Source: Eledone cirrhosa (Eukaryota). From it: a stretch of 64,000 nt of DNA. Every line of letters starts with the position of its first letter. The first letter of the stretch is position 1. A model generated the notes under the pieces. That model saw nothing but the letters and a program-made list of their open reading frames with translations, was not told where the DNA came from and ran no database searches. The position numbers and the translations under genes were made by a program. The stretch lies in NCBI GenBank assembly GCA_964016885.1, contig OZ024741.1, positions 196,044,001-196,108,000 of the forward strand, in the 5' to 3' direction. Positions 25,640 to 39,245 of the stretch are shown one piece after another.

Positions 25640-26480
25640 TGTAGAAAAATGTGTGGAGATAATCAGTGAGAGCATGGTAGAATTCTGTGGAATTGACACC
25701 AGTGAGCTAGGTCTCCTACTTAGACTTACGTGAGATAGGGAATACTTAGATACACCTTATCAGCCTCTGTCCTACAAGGCCAGGGAAGCAGACCACCTAC
25801 CGTTACCTCAATGACCAAGGAGACACATACGGAAAGATGGAACAGGTGGACCAGAGTTATGTGGACCACCCCCACAAAAAAAAACATGACCAAGTAAGGA
25901 AAATGATTCCACATGTGGTGGGGGTCAGTATACGACTAACCCTGAAAGAACATGTTTAAGTTCAATAGCAAAAGATATGCCCAAGAAGAGGGGCGGTCAT
26001 TAGCATTAGCATTGCTGGTGAAGTGACCAACCTCCTTATGGTATGGTGGGACAGGAGATTTAAAGAACGCTTAGATGAGAACTTGACTATGTACCCCCGC
26101 TACATAAATGACATGAATATAGTAGTTAAAATACCCTTATAGGAGAACAGTCATGAATTAGTAAGGAACACCATGGAAAGTATCCAGCAAATAGCAAATT
26201 CCATCCACCAGACACAGAACTCTGGTTAGAACTCTGGTTAGAAACTCGTTATGTAACTACCCTTGCAAACAAGACCTGGCAACTGAGGGAAAGTAACCAT
26301 CAATACACCCTGAAGTGGAAAAAATTATCGAACGCACCCCCATATCGGAGTGGTATGAGAAGCTGTCGATTATGCGACCTTGAGCTGTTCCACATCTTGA
26401 GTTCGAAGAATACGTTACTCAACAATAAAATCGAAAGATCAATTTATTGTAACCATAGACTCAAAGAGAAGTTTTCGCAC
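25640..26480 (+). mobile_element. Penelope-like element fragments (RT core and GIY-YIG C-terminus), highly degenerate
   Basis: Translated pieces SIAGEVTNLLMVWWDRRFKE and MYPRYIND (YxDD-like), then LKWKKII and ELFHILSSKNTLLNNKIE resembling the PLE endonuclease end. Confidence 0.55.
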
Positions 26481-26732
26481 TACAAATCGAACCCTTAACC
26501 TCTTACTACCAACTGACAAACTGCATATACTTAGACTTTATACCCTCTTGTTGAATCTAAAACCTTTTAATTACCCACAAAACCAGTACATATATCGCCC
26601 TCTTCTCCCTCATTCCTCTTCTATTTCTTCGTTTTCTTTCTTCCTTCCTTCCCTCCCCTTCTTGGCTATCTTTTCTTTTCTTCTTTCTCACCCCCATCTT
26701 TGCTTTTATTTTTGTCATTATTATCTTTATCT

Positions 26733-26770
<38 letters not shown>

Positions 26771-26852
26771 GTTATTCCGGGTTGAATCGGAGGTAACCAC
26801 AGTAAGTAAGGTACTCAATACATAGCAGAGTATAACAGTTTTAATATAGAAG

Positions 26853-26903
26853 AGATTCTACAGGACTAGAACTGTTTCATTCATTAGAAATCATCAGGAA
26901 TCT
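26853..26903 (-). ncRNA. Type I hammerhead ribozyme
   Basis: Minus strand: agattc-CTGATGA-t ttc taat gaa t-GAAA-cag ttctagtc ctg-TA^gaatct; 6-bp stem I, 4-bp stem III, GUA cleavage triplet. Confidence 0.85.
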
Positions 26904-26914
26904 GGGTATCAAAA

Positions 26915-27113
26915 AATGAGATGATAGGGATTGGGGTCCCTATCATTCCACTGTAAAGTGGTCGTGGAGGTGCCATGGCAAAAAAAGCACCCAGTACTCA
27001 CTGTAAATGAGGTTGGTGTTAGGAAGGGCATCCAGCTGTAGAAATCAAGCCAGAATCAGTTCTCGTCCCACCCTTGCAAGCAGGGAAAAGCGGACGTAAA
27101 GTGATGATGATGA

Positions 27114-27117
<4 letters not shown>
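26915..27117 (+). mobile_element. SINE family B, 5'-truncated
   Basis: Matches the 3' half of 39450-39773; (GAT)n tail. Confidence 0.85.
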
Positions 27118-27169
<52 letters not shown>

Positions 27170-27329
27170 AAAGTTATATTTAAATTGTTGGGTTACAACT
27201 AGTAAATATTTATAACTGATATAAAAGCACTCAACAAGTATTTGGAGTATATTTACGATATTAAATAAATGGAAACTATATTTATGAAACCATATTTATT
27301 TCATTATATATATTTCAGGGATATCATAT

Positions 27330-27597
27330 TCGTTTTATTTACAATCCTTTAAAATTTATAATGGTATTAGAATGAAATAGTATGGTAGAATATTAAATGT
27401 TAAGTGTTAATTGAACAAGTACTTTCATGCTTTTGCAATTTTCCTGTTCATAATGTATCAGTCAAGTTTGCAATTTGAAAGTTAAAAATTGCAAAAGCAT
27501 GAAAGTACTTGTTCAATTAACACTTAACATTTAATATCCTACCATACTATTTCATTCTAATACCATTATAAATTTTAAAGGATTGTAAATAAAACGA
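27330..27597. repeat. Fold-back, ~113-bp near-perfect arms
   Basis: 27330-27442 is the reverse complement of 27485-27597 (one mismatch seen). Confidence 0.9.
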
Positions 27598-27690
27598 GTA
27601 AATCAGACAAAGTTGGAATTTCTTTTATTAATATAATCTTCTATACACAATCATACACACCTGAGTATATTTATCTATCTATCTATCTAC

Positions 27691-30640
27691 TTGTCCTTAC
27701 CGGCAAGTAAGGCTTACAGGGACCGGATTAGCACTTTAGTTAAGGAGCGGTTGACGGGCGCCATCGTCAACAACAGGTGGTGGGGATCTCTCAAAAGAGA
27801 GATTAGAGTAGTCTCTATAGAATTTAGTAAGGAGTTAGCCTCCAATAGAAATAGGAAGGAAAGGGAGTTGGTAGATAGTGTAGAAGAGGCAATTAGAAGC
27901 GGCGACGTGGCCAGAGTGCTAGCGTCGAGAACGGCCCTGGGCCAGTTCTTCGACGCGAAACATGAAGGCTGCATCGTCCGAAGCAAAATACGTGCTCTGG
28001 GAAACAAGGGAACCAAAGCTGTTAGCTGGGCCCGCGTGACAGAAGCCAAAAGAGGGAGTAGATCCACTATCCGGTCTTTGCGAGACCAGGATGGATGGGT
28101 GATCCTTGAACCTAAGCAGATGTGCGAGGCTTTTCAAAAGCACTTTGCCGGATTGTTCGGAAGGGGCGGGGGGCCGGTTGGGGAAGTGGACTTCGGTCCA
28201 TACCTCGACGGCCTGCCGCGTCTCTCGGACAGGGAGGCGAAGTCCTGCGAGGAGCCGATTTCAGCCGCTGAGATAGAGGACGTGCTGAGCCAATGCGGCA
28301 AACGCAAATCCCCGGGTCTCGATGGTCTTCCATACGAACCATATCTAGCTATGCCGGACTTGTTCCCCGAACTCCTCGAGGCAGTCTACTGCAACTGGCA
28401 ACAGAACGGGAGAATTCCCTGTGCTGTGACCAAGGGCGTAGTCACGCTAGTGAGGAAGGACGAGAACAAGGGGGACGATATAAATAATTTCAGGCCCATA
28501 ACTCTGCTAAATACAGAGTTACAGATTTTGGCTAAGGTGCTAGCAAAGAGGTTGGCACTTGTCGTGGGCAACCTGGTGGGAGATGCGCAGACATGTGCTA
28601 TCCCGTCCAGGTCCATCCACGATAACCTTCACCTCATGCGATACATCATAGAGAGGGTTGGGAACGAACCCGGCTTTGGTGGGGCCCTGATCAACTTGGA
28701 TCAATCTAAGGCATTTGATAGGGTCGACCATGGTTACCTGGATGCGGTGCTAGCAGTGGCAGGCTTCGGACCCGTTTTCAGGGGCTGGATCAATGCCATG
28801 CACAGCAGCCGCATCTGCTCTAGGGTCAAGGTGAACGGCTACCTCTCGGAGCCGTTCGAAATTGCGCGGTCCATCCGACAGGGGTGCCCTCTCTCCTCCC
28901 TTCTGTATGTAGTGACTCTAGAGCCACTGCTGCGGAAGTTGGAATTGTTGCAGGGCATCCCGTTGGAACCGGGATTGCGGAAAGCGGTGTCAGCCTACGC
29001 CGATGACGTAACAGTAATGGTGTCGACAGCCTCGGAAATCGGGGCGATCGGCACCTTACTGGAGGAGTACGAAAGGTTTACAGGGGCTAAGCTGAACCAG
29101 GACAAGTCGATCGGTCTGCAACTCGGCACGTGGAGGGGCAGATCGATGCCCTCCGATGGTGTCGTCGGGCGCTGGACGGAGGGCCCGGTGAAGTTGCTCG
29201 GGGTCTGGTTCGGACCAGACCTCCAGGTGGAGAAGAACTAGGGTGAGGTGACGAACAGGGTGTTTGCACTGACCCAGAAGTGGGCCGAGTGCAAACTGTC
29301 CCTGAAAGGTCGGGCGGAGGTGGCGAACACTTATATAGCGTCCGTCATCTACTACCGCCTGACCGTTGTGCCTTGCCCAAGGGAAACGCTCGCCAAAATG
29401 GAGCGCGCACTCTTCCAATTCCTTTGCAAGAAGCGGGCTCCTATGGTGAGGAGATCCATCTGCTGTCAACACCCTTCGAAAGGAGGGCTGGGGATGCCGT
29501 GGCTAATGATACGTAAACACGCATTAAGGCTACAGCACCTTCAGGTATTCCTCTCCGGTCAACCGGTGTGGGCCCCGTTTGTGAGGCGAGCCTTTCCCAG
29601 ACTCGTCTCACTCACCGAGCTGCAATCCTGGGTCAAGCAAAGACCGAGAAAACTGGGCGCCTGGCACACCGAGTGTGCCCAGGCGCTCACGGCTCTCTGG
29701 CAGGCGGACCCGGCTGTCAGTGGTGAATCCACCTCGTCATTCTATAGAGGGCTGGTGGTTAGCAGGTGCGACGACGCCCTCGGAGAAGCCCTAGGCATGG
29801 AGGAAGACGAACTGGCCAACCTGTTCGGTAGGACATTCAGCCCGGGACCCATGGATAACTTCCAGAGGTCCCTGGCCTGGCAATGCTACAGAAGGGCTCT
29901 GCCCGTTCGAGAAAGGCTCTACAGACACGGGCGCCCGGGTAGGGACCCATCGAAAAAGATCTGTCCCAGATGCGTGTGCGACGAGGAAACCGTTGCACAC
30001 GCATTGGTACACTGCTCGGGCATTGCCGATCTGTGGGGATATGTCGAACAACTGCTGTCAAGGGTAGGACCGATCCGGTTGACCACCGAGTCTATTGTAA
30101 CGATCAAGCCGCCTCCCCTCTTCAAAAACGAAGGAGAGGCGGTGTTTCTGTGCGTAATAGCCATGGCGAAAGAGGTTGTATGGTGGATGCGTCTGAAAGG
30201 ACTGAGGTCAGACACCTTTCTCTCTGGCCAACAACTGGTCCGTTTCTTCCGATATCATTTCGGAAGAAGATCAGGATGGAGAGAGAGGTGCTGCACCCCA
30301 GCCGTTTCTATGAAAGATGGGTGAAAGTGGCGAGAATGGCCCGTGTGAATGGGCCTTCACTCTACATCAGACTATAGGTGAGGAAGATGAAAGACCAAGG
30401 GAGCACTCCTTCTCTGTGCTCCTGAGGAGAAGAGTTGCACACTTTTTTCGGGGGTGTGTGCGACCCCCCAAGGCGCCTCCTCTCTATTGAGGACTTTGTT
30501 ATAAATTTTATTTTTTGTTATATTTTATTTTATTTTTATATATTGTTATTGCCTCCTCCTTATTGAGGACGCCTTGTTTTGTAAACTCCCCTCATTGTAC
30601 TTGTCCCACTTTTGATGCCCTGGTGGCAAATAAAAGAAAC
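27691..30640 (+). mobile_element. Tx1/L1-clade LINE, 5'-truncated, young (ORF2 with one nonsense codon and a distal frameshift)
   Basis: KSPGLDGLP, NFRPITLLN, LDQSKAFDRV, IRQGCPLS, AYADDV, LSLKGR, GGLG, C-terminal CPRC...ETVAHALVHC. A TAG at 29239-29241 separates two in-frame ORFs. GC-rich; flanked by (TATC)n on both sides. Confidence 0.95.
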
Positions 30641-30889
30641 ATATCTATCTATCTATATATGTATATATATATATATATATAATATTTTATATATATATAT
30701 ATATAATATTTTATATATATATATATATAATATTTTGTGTTTACTTCTACACATATTAATATTATAATGCTCAGTATTTATACTTTGAGCTTGTTAATTG
30801 CAGGGTATCTATATGAGTTAATAACTCTATATTTTATTTGTATATATATATATATTTATATATTATATTTTATATATATATATATTAAA

Positions 30890-31900
30890 AAACGTCTGCA
30901 ACTCCAGGGGAGACGGCAACCGTGAGAAGACGCACCACGCAAATACCTCTTCCTCTGTTGGTAACATCTTGGACCGTGAAAGACCGGGGAATCATACAGC
31001 ACGTTCCGGTGATACAGGTGGCAACACCCCTCCGAGCTGTAATTGTAGAAACCCCGGTAGCTTCCCCCTGGAGGGTAGGTGCCTCAGCAGTGGCTTAGTA
31101 TCTGAATGTAGGGTAAATACCAGCAAGCAACCATGCCTTCACCTATATTGGAGCCACGGCTAATAAGTTTTAGGAACGCTGGTACAATCACTGCCACACC
31201 TTTAGAAGAGCTGATAAGAAACACAGCACCGCCCTCTTGGAACTCGTGTGGCGTCTCAAACAGGATAACCTAGAATACACCGTGTCATGGTCCAAGGTAG
31301 CATCGGCCCAACCCTACAGAGAGGGTGGACATGACTTGTGCGATTTGTGTGCCACCGAGATTATGGAAATAATCGAGAGGGGAGCTCAAGTTATCAATAA
31401 AAGGAGTAACCTCTTCGGCACCTGCCTCCACAGATCTTCTGGAACCTTCATCAAACTGTACATACTAGCAACGTAGTGGTGCTAGTTGAAGACTTTTGCA
31501 AACTTGTCCGTGGAAGCCGGGCATGGCCATGCTGCAACCCCAGCGTCAGGTGAACCTTGGATATCTTGTTTGCACACTTGGAGTCTCTATGTGTACTTGT
31601 TTCTTGTCCTTTGTTCCCTATTCCTCTGTTTATATATTTATATACCTACTGTTGTTTTTTTATGTATTTTGTCCTGTTCCTTTATTGTTGTGTTCTCTAT
31701 ATGTGTTCTTGTTACTTCTATTTGTTCCTCTTCCTACTGTCGCTTCCCGTAACTCTCTTCCATGGCCTAACAGCCCTTTTGATAGTATTGTTGCCACTGT
31801 GGTTGGGACTGAATGCTATGGTCATTGCTGGCCTTGTGCCTTACAATGATAGAGGAGGATTGTATTAACTGGGAATGTTTTTATATATATAAATACCCAT
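30890..31900 (+). mobile_element. Penelope-like element GIY-YIG endonuclease fragment and 3' region
   Basis: CNCRN..FPLEGRCL, YIGAT, ERWYNH, ELVWRLK, CDLCATE, INKRSNLFGTCLH. Confidence 0.8.
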
Positions 31901-32935
31901 CTATGTTTCTATCCCATTTTCACCTTCTTGTTTCAACGGACTACTATTGTGGTTAGTTTAATTTTCATGGAAGCGTGGCATTTTTCCTGTTGTCGCAGTC
32001 ATCGTGGTGGGGTCATCGCTGGTGTTGTTGTTGTTATTGGTGTTACCAATGGCTTAATACTGACATAGATGATACCACCACTACTGCGATGAACGTGGTG
32101 GGTGATGGGTGGTGTTGGTGTTTGTTGCCATTGTGGTTGTTACTGTTTGTGGTCATGGTGATTGATACCACCAACTCTGTGTACCCACCTACCTCTAAAC
32201 TCCTTTTTATTGCTTTGGCGTTATCGCTGTTTACGGTCAACAGGGTGGTTCCGTCACTGCGACGACTACAACCTGTATACACGACGCTGGTCTGTGTTTT
32301 TGCTGTTGTTGTCGTTGTAAGTGTTTTTACTGTAGCTGTTGTTTTAGTTGTCAATAGGGTGGTGGTATCAGCACGACTATTGCGACCAGTGTGGACAACT
32401 TTGGTCGGCGGTTTGATGTTATTGTCATTATTGTTGTTGTAGTTGTCGTTGTTGTTGTTGCTGTTGTCTCTAGGTGGTCGTCAACTAAATATATACCCCC
32501 CCCCCCAGAGCTCCTTGTGTTGCTTCAACTGTCTACTGGGTTTTGGTTGCACACAGTTCTTCGTTCTTTTCATCTTTTTTCGTTGATAGCTTTTTCTAAC
32601 AAACGCGACGGCTGGCAAAACCCTTCAAGGAACTCATATGTATGCTGGGCATACATATGGATGGGTGTTTTCCTGACAGTGACATATCAAATATATCGAT
32701 TTTCATCAGAGGAAACCGTTCTCATAATCAACAGCAAATGGAGATTGCATGGAGAGCTGTAGAAATAATTATAATGATTAAACGATATATGTAACCTCAG
32801 CATCTTATTTTAATATTTTTATAAAATTCTCCACCGTAACTAAAACAACGATTGTTGAGAGCTTTCTCCTGATTACTCCTGTTTTTACCAAAACAATCTT
32901 TTCCGAACACTATATAGATATATAATATATAATAC

Positions 32936-33016
32936 ATAAGATCAAAAGATGGTTAAAAGAGTTCCATGTATTTTAATAAAATACATGGAACTCTTTTAAC
33001 CATCTTTTGATCTTAT
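32936..33016. repeat. Perfect palindrome, 40-bp arms, 1-nt loop
   Basis: ...GAGTTCCATGTATTTTA-A-TAAAATACATGGAACTC... centred at 32976; a decayed CTGAAGA motif follows at ~33044. Confidence 0.9.
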
Positions 33017-33105
33017 ATATTATTTATACTCCAGTCATACAAACTGAAGAGTGCTACTTATCCGATATCTCATTGCTTTATTGTACTACAATAAAACTCA
33101 CCTCC

Positions 33106-33151
<46 letters not shown>

Positions 33152-33266
33152 TATATTATATATATATATATATATATGTATACTATAATTTATATTATAT
33201 ATTATAATATACATATTATATATATATACATATTATATTATATATACATATTATATTATATATATA

Positions 33267-33334
<68 letters not shown>

Positions 33335-33336
<2 letters not shown>

Positions 33337-34035
33337 CGTTTCTGAATTTGTTTAGCAAGATTCTTTATCTGAAAACGTGTGTTGAAACCGATATTGTTAT
33401 GCTGTGGGAGGGTCATGTTGCCAATAAGCAACACACGCACCAGTTGCTTTCACTTCAATTTATTATAAATTAAATTTATAAATTTAGGAATTTATAAATT
33501 TCCGGTTGGTTGGTTGGTTCCACAACCAGACGATTGTTCATATATTGTCAAGGTTCTTTCGTCACACATTCTGTGACCTCTTCAGTGACTGGGAATTATT
33601 TTCTTTGTTTTTGTGCCTCTCCTTTATTCTGTCCTATGCCATCTTGTTTTTGTGTGTGTTGTGTGCTTAGTTTGCGCATGTGTTACATCCGGGTGTCTGT
33701 GTGTGTTTATATTTGTTTATTTATTTGTTTATTTATTTGTTTATTTACATGTTACTGGTTGGTTGTTTGTTCTATTTGTGTGTGTGTTTTCATTTTGTCC
33801 TTAATTGTAAGTTGTGATGTTGCTGTTCCATTCATGTTTTTTATTTAATTTTGGTTGAAGAGGTCACAGAATGTGTGACGAAAGAACTTTGACAGTATAT
33901 GAACAATCGTCTGGTTGTGGAATCAACCAACCAACCGGAAATTTATAAATTCCTAAATTTATAATAAATTGAAGTGAAAGCAACTGGTGCATGTGTTTCT
34001 TATTGGCAACATGACCCTCCCAAAGCATAACAATA
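33335..34035. mobile_element. Penelope-like 3' end with inverted partial duplication (arms ~33390-33585 / ~33856-34035)
   Basis: Inverted arms. Minus-strand hammerhead 33547-33589 has U16.1 mutated; the plus-strand copy begins inside the core at TGAAGA (33856). Confidence 0.8.
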
Positions 34036-34067
34036 TATATATATATTTATATGATATTATATTATAT

Positions 34068-34252
34068 TTGGCAGTATTGGTAGAGGGTTGGACGCCATGC
34101 TTTGACGCATAGAGTTTACGGCCCTTTCCATTCTGAGTTCAAATCCCGCCGAGGTCAACTTTGCCTTCCATCCTTACGGGGTCGATAAAATAAAGTACCA
34201 GTAATGTACTGGGTAATTGCTGGCCTTACACCAAAAGTAGAAACAATTATTA
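34068..34252 (+). mobile_element. SINE family A
   Basis: Same unit as 37918-38110. Confidence 0.88.
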
Positions 34253-34406
34253 GTAGCAATCATTGTAAACTGCTGCACTTCTCTTAGACATAGTGGCAAT
34301 CATTGTAAACTGCTGCACTTTTATCACCTTAGTGGCAATCATTGTAAACTGCTGCACTTTTATCACCTTAGTGGCAATCATTGTAAACTGCTGCACTTTT
34401 ATCACC
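34251..34406. repeat. Minisatellite, ~4 x 39 bp
   Basis: Unit TAGTGGCAATCATTGTAAACTGCTGCACTTTTATCACCT. Confidence 0.9.
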
Positions 34407-37400
34407 ACCTTCTTCACTCCCCTTAGTAAATAAGCTTGAGAAAGACATGAAGATCACGTTTCCTTTCTCCTTCTAAAATGTAAAGATTTTGTTGTTGTTC
34501 TTCTTGTTTACTTACTTATTCCTGGGATGATGGTCGTAGGGGCAGATTCCTCAAACACTCCGTGCAGTAGGTCCTGTCAGAAGCAACCATCTCCAATTGA
34601 TTTGGTTAGATCTCCAAGTGAGACCAGCTGAGTTAATTGATGTTATCCAACCATCTTGCTTGGGGTTTAACTCTCAGTGTTCTGCCTGTTGGTTTTGCCC
34701 ATAAAATCTATCCAGCAATTCTTTCCTGAGACATTCTAACCATATGTCTATAATATCAGAGCTGTAATCTCTTGATTCAGAGAAGTAATGGCTCTACCTG
34801 GAATGACTCTTTGATCTCTGAGCTACACACTCTATTAAGTAACCTTACTCGAAAGAAAAATTTTGTAAGGACTTATTTATTAATCTATTTATTATTATTT
34901 TTTCAGATTCCATGCAAGAAAAAAGTTTTATATAAAGCAAGTAACCCAGTGGCTTTATATCACACTTCATTATGTTTAAACACCTTGAAGTCTGTAAGTT
35001 TTTAGTGATTCCTTTTATAAAAAAAAGTTTCTGTAAATATTGCTTTTAAAATATCTTCAGGCAATTGCTTAATACCATGTATGCTATAAGCTTCCTTTTC
35101 TGAAAATGAATGTAGCTTTTGCTGTTCTTTCACCTTTCTAAGTTATATCAATTTCTACATATAACTTGTAATAAATGTTATTCAGTCTTCAGAATAGTAA
35201 AGTGAGGTCGTTCCTCATTTCATTGCTTTTACAATATAGTTTTCTAATAGTTTTTGTTATTTTGGTTTTAAATATTTAAAACAGAAGTGCCATTCATATC
35301 TTGTCCCTGGTTATTATCAATGAATGTTTAGAGAAATAGTTACAAAAGGGAATTGAAATTTAATCATAAACTAGGCTTATGAGTAGTTTGTCATCTTGGA
35401 ATATATTTGTAGTAATATATTTTGTAGGTATAATAGGAATATATTTTCTCATACATTGTGTGTATGTATTTTTAATAATGGTATAATTTCTTAGAGTAAA
35501 AGACTCAGCTCCTTTCAAACCAAAGGAGAAGCCATATTTGGTCAGTGTTTGAAATTAACTCATTTCATTTATGCCTCTAATCACCTTCTCTGCTGAAACG
35601 TAGGCTATTTTTACCTCATGTAAATAAATAAATATTTGTATTAAATTATGAAGTATACTATTAAGAAATAGGTAAACCAATTTCCTTTACATTCACTGAG
35701 TTGGATGTAATGACATACACCATGAACCTAGCAGAGGCTATCCCCTCTTCAGGTTTGAAACAAAACCAATTTCTTCCAGAGAAGGAAAGCATGATAGAGA
35801 GGAAGTGAAATACAAAGGAAGAATTTATCCCAATACTTGACAGGTACTTTTTTTATCTGCTTCAAAAGGATGACAGGCAAAGTTGACCTCGGTAGAATTT
35901 GATCTTAGAAAGTGCAGAGAGTCAGAATGAATACCACAAAGCATTCTGTCCGACATTTTGATAATTCTGCCAATTCACCACAATTGCTTACATTACGAGG
36001 GTCCTTAAAAAGACATGAATATTTTAGGATCTCATTTGTATTCCTTATTAAATTATAGTATACTTGTTAACAAAAAGCTGTAATGTTCATTTTCTTAACA
36101 ACAACCACTATGTTGTGGTTTATCTCTAGCATGAGAGCTTGTGTCCCACTCAACATTGATTTAGTGAACCTTGAACAGACAATTGAGCCAATGCACCAGC
36201 AGTTAGTTCCCCTATGAATGCAAGTTTCACTGAATTTTCATCTGTTCTGATCAGTCGTAAGTATTAACAAAATAGTGTTTGTAGTTAAAACCTTTACTCT
36301 TTGAAAGCAAAGAAACAATTTAAAATAAATATTTAAAAAATAGGTCAACTTTTATTTTCATAGTGTTTCTCTTAACCTTTTCATTACCATATTTCTAATA
36401 AAAAAAAAACTCTACCTATGGTTTTCAAATAATTTTTAAAATAATAAAAAATTTGGAGGAATTTAGTAATATAACTAACTTTCTCATCTGGTGTTTGGAA
36501 CATAAGTTAACAAAGATTCTTACATAAAATTAGCATGGAAGGCTTATAGACACCTTTAGATAAACATCTTAGTATCCCAGAACTAGGGATGGTTTCAGGC
36601 AGTTTGGTATCAAATTCTTATAAAGAAACATTAGGACCATTTGGAAATAAAGGGAAAATTTTTGTTAAATTGTTTGAGATGCTGTTTTTACCACACCATG
36701 TCATACAATGTTTTTCTTCTATAAATTTGTGGCTGAGTGCAGTATCATATGTGTCGGATATCCATCAGTTCCAACAATGAGTGTTCTAGTTGATTTGACC
36801 AATGGAACAGCCTGCTCATAAAGTTAATGTGTAAGTGGCTGAGCATTCCACAGACACATGTACCATCAATGTAGTTCTCGTGGAGATTCATGTGGAACAA
36901 AGCTGACCCCTTCAATTACAAGTACAACTCATTTTCAAAGTTGAGTAGTCTAAAGAGTCTTGCTCAAGGACAAAATGTACCACTGAAAATCAAACTAATA
37001 ACCAAACATGTGCCTTTATAACAAAATAGTGTAAATGGAGGATAACTGAAAATAGAAAGACCAACTGCTCCCATCACATCGGAAAATTATACTGCTGGTG
37101 ATGTTTACAAATCAGAAACTGGTTTTCTTGACATCCCTTGAATGACCAGAAAAAAATTATGATCTAAAACTCAAGTGAATAATTGTGACACATGTTTGTT
37201 CTGGTGTATAGCCTGACATCTCAGTAAATAATGGTGACACATGCACTGCTTTTTCACTCATACCCTACATTGTATACATTAAATATTTTATAGATACGGA
37301 TGTATATAAGATGTATATAAGTCAGTGTCAATAAATATGTGGACATATGCATATATACGCAAATGAAGCAGACAGGCGTGCGTAAATAAAATAATATGAA

Positions 37401-37485
37401 TACGTATATACATACATGCGCATTTACAACAAATAGCCGTGTATATACATATAGAAATATATATATACACACAAAAACTATACAT

Positions 37486-37564
<79 letters not shown>

Positions 37565-37770
37565 GCAAATCCGGCCATTGATTACTCGTATACAGGAAAC
37601 TGACTGGCCAGTCTGCTGATATGTAAATCTGGCTGATCAGTGGATCTGCTAATATGCAAATCTGACTGATCAGCCAGTCTAATAATATGCAAATCAGACC
37701 GATCAGTCACGGTATATTTTAGAAAATAGCATATATTTTCATTAGCTCTGACAGTTGGCAGGTGAACAGA

Positions 37771-37820
37771 GAACTGTACTGATGAAGGATGATGCCCAGA
37801 AACATTAGTGTCTGCAGTTC
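37771..37820 (+). ncRNA. Type I hammerhead ribozyme
   Basis: gaactgta-CTGATGA-a gg atgatgc cc a-GAAA-ca ttag tg-TC^tgcagttc; 8-bp stem I, GUC triplet, weak stem II. Confidence 0.8.
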
Positions 37821-37917
37821 TGTTTACATGCCAAGGTTCATTCTACTGACATGGCTATAAAAATGAGGCTTGTTTGTATAATTGCAAACGAATCGAATGT
37901 TATTATTAATAACATTG

Positions 37918-38110
37918 AGGGCGGTGGATTGGCAGTATCGGTAGAGGGTCGGACGCCATGCTTTCCAGCATAGTTACGTCCCTTTACGATCTGAGTTCAA
38001 ATCCCGCCGAGGTTGACTTTGCCTTTCATCCTTACGGGCTCGATAAAATAAAGTACCAGTAATGCACTGGGTAATTGCTGGCCTTGTGCCTAAAGTAGAA
38101 ACAAAATTAT
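37918..38110 (+). mobile_element. SINE family A, full length
   Basis: GGCGGTGGATTGGCAGTATCGGTAGAG head, GAGTTCAAATCC B-box, central domain, tail. Confidence 0.9.
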
Positions 38111-38926
38111 TAATATTCGAAAAACTCAGATTACATTTATTGTATTCAGCCATGTAGAGCGAAAATTTCCTTTTTTATATATATAAACAATGAGTTATAT
38201 TGTTTGTTGATTATTCAACAAAGTTAATTTTACAACGGATTTGAAGCACACTACAAGATTATTATATTTTATCTGACGAAAGCGTACTTAAATGTTAGTA
38301 CCTTTGAAATATGTATAATAAAATAAATATAGTTTTGTAAAGATATTTTCCATTTATTAATATTGTTAATATTATATATATATATAGGTATATATAGACA
38401 ACACACATACACATGCATATGTACTGTTACATGCATACACATATACATATGTCCACGTATATACACACGCATACACAGACATACAAAAACATGTACATAT
38501 ATACATATATACACACAGACATAAACACAGTTACATATATGATTTCTCCCGAATGAAACAGTTCTAGTCCTGTAGAAGCCATTTCTATATTAAATATTTA
38601 TACTCTGCTATGTATTGAGTACCTTACTTACTGTGGTTACCCCTGATTGAACCCAGGATAAACTTATATATATATATATATATATAAGTTGTATTCCTGT
38701 CTGTTTGTTTGTTTGTTCACGAACTCCTCCTATGGTTTTGGAGATAGACCCCCCATAACCATATATATTCTGAAACTACATTGCCCAGGGTACTTGGATA
38801 AGTATATTTCATTTTAATCAAACGGTTCCCCAGGGGCACAAAACCCCCGCTGAAAATTTTTCCCTTCAATTTATATGAAATTTAAACCATAAGTAAATGA
38901 CAAGAAATTTCAGCAAATTTCAATAA

Positions 38927-39245
38927 GGCACATGGCTTAGTGGTTAGCGCATTGGCCTTGCAATCAAAAGGTTGTGAGTTCAATTCTCAGACCGGGTGAT
39001 GTGTTGTTTCCTTGAGCAAGACACTTTATTTCACATTGCTCCAGTTTACTCAGCTGTAGAAATGAGATGATAGGACTGGGGTCCTTATCATTCCACTGCA
39101 AAGTGGTCGTGGAGGTGCCACAACAAAAAACAGGTTGGTGTTAGGAAGGGCATCCAGCTGTAGAAATCAAGCAAGAATCAGTTCCCGTCCCACCCTTGCA
39201 AGCAGGGAAAAAGCGGACGTAAAATGAAATGATGATGATGATGAT
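38927..39245 (+). mobile_element. SINE family B (CORE-type)
   Basis: Full head, CORE-like domain, RTE tail and (GAT)n. Confidence 0.88.

Noticed and set aside
29239-29241. Programmed read-through or selenocysteine in Tx1 ORF2
   Set aside because: The codon is TAG at a position where Trp (TGG) is plausible, and the copy is truncated and frameshifted; simple decay is the better explanation.
31975-32762. Hydrophobic multi-TM-looking ORFs
   Set aside because: Derived from GTT/GGT low-complexity sequence next to a decayed hammerhead (32669-32715); likely a repeat tail.
34251-34406. CRISPR-like array
   Set aside because: Units are contiguous tandem copies without unique spacers; eukaryotic context, no cas genes.
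38927-39000. tRNA genes
   Set aside because: A/B-box-like heads continue into SINE bodies and do not form a full cloverleaf; the same applies to SINE family A.
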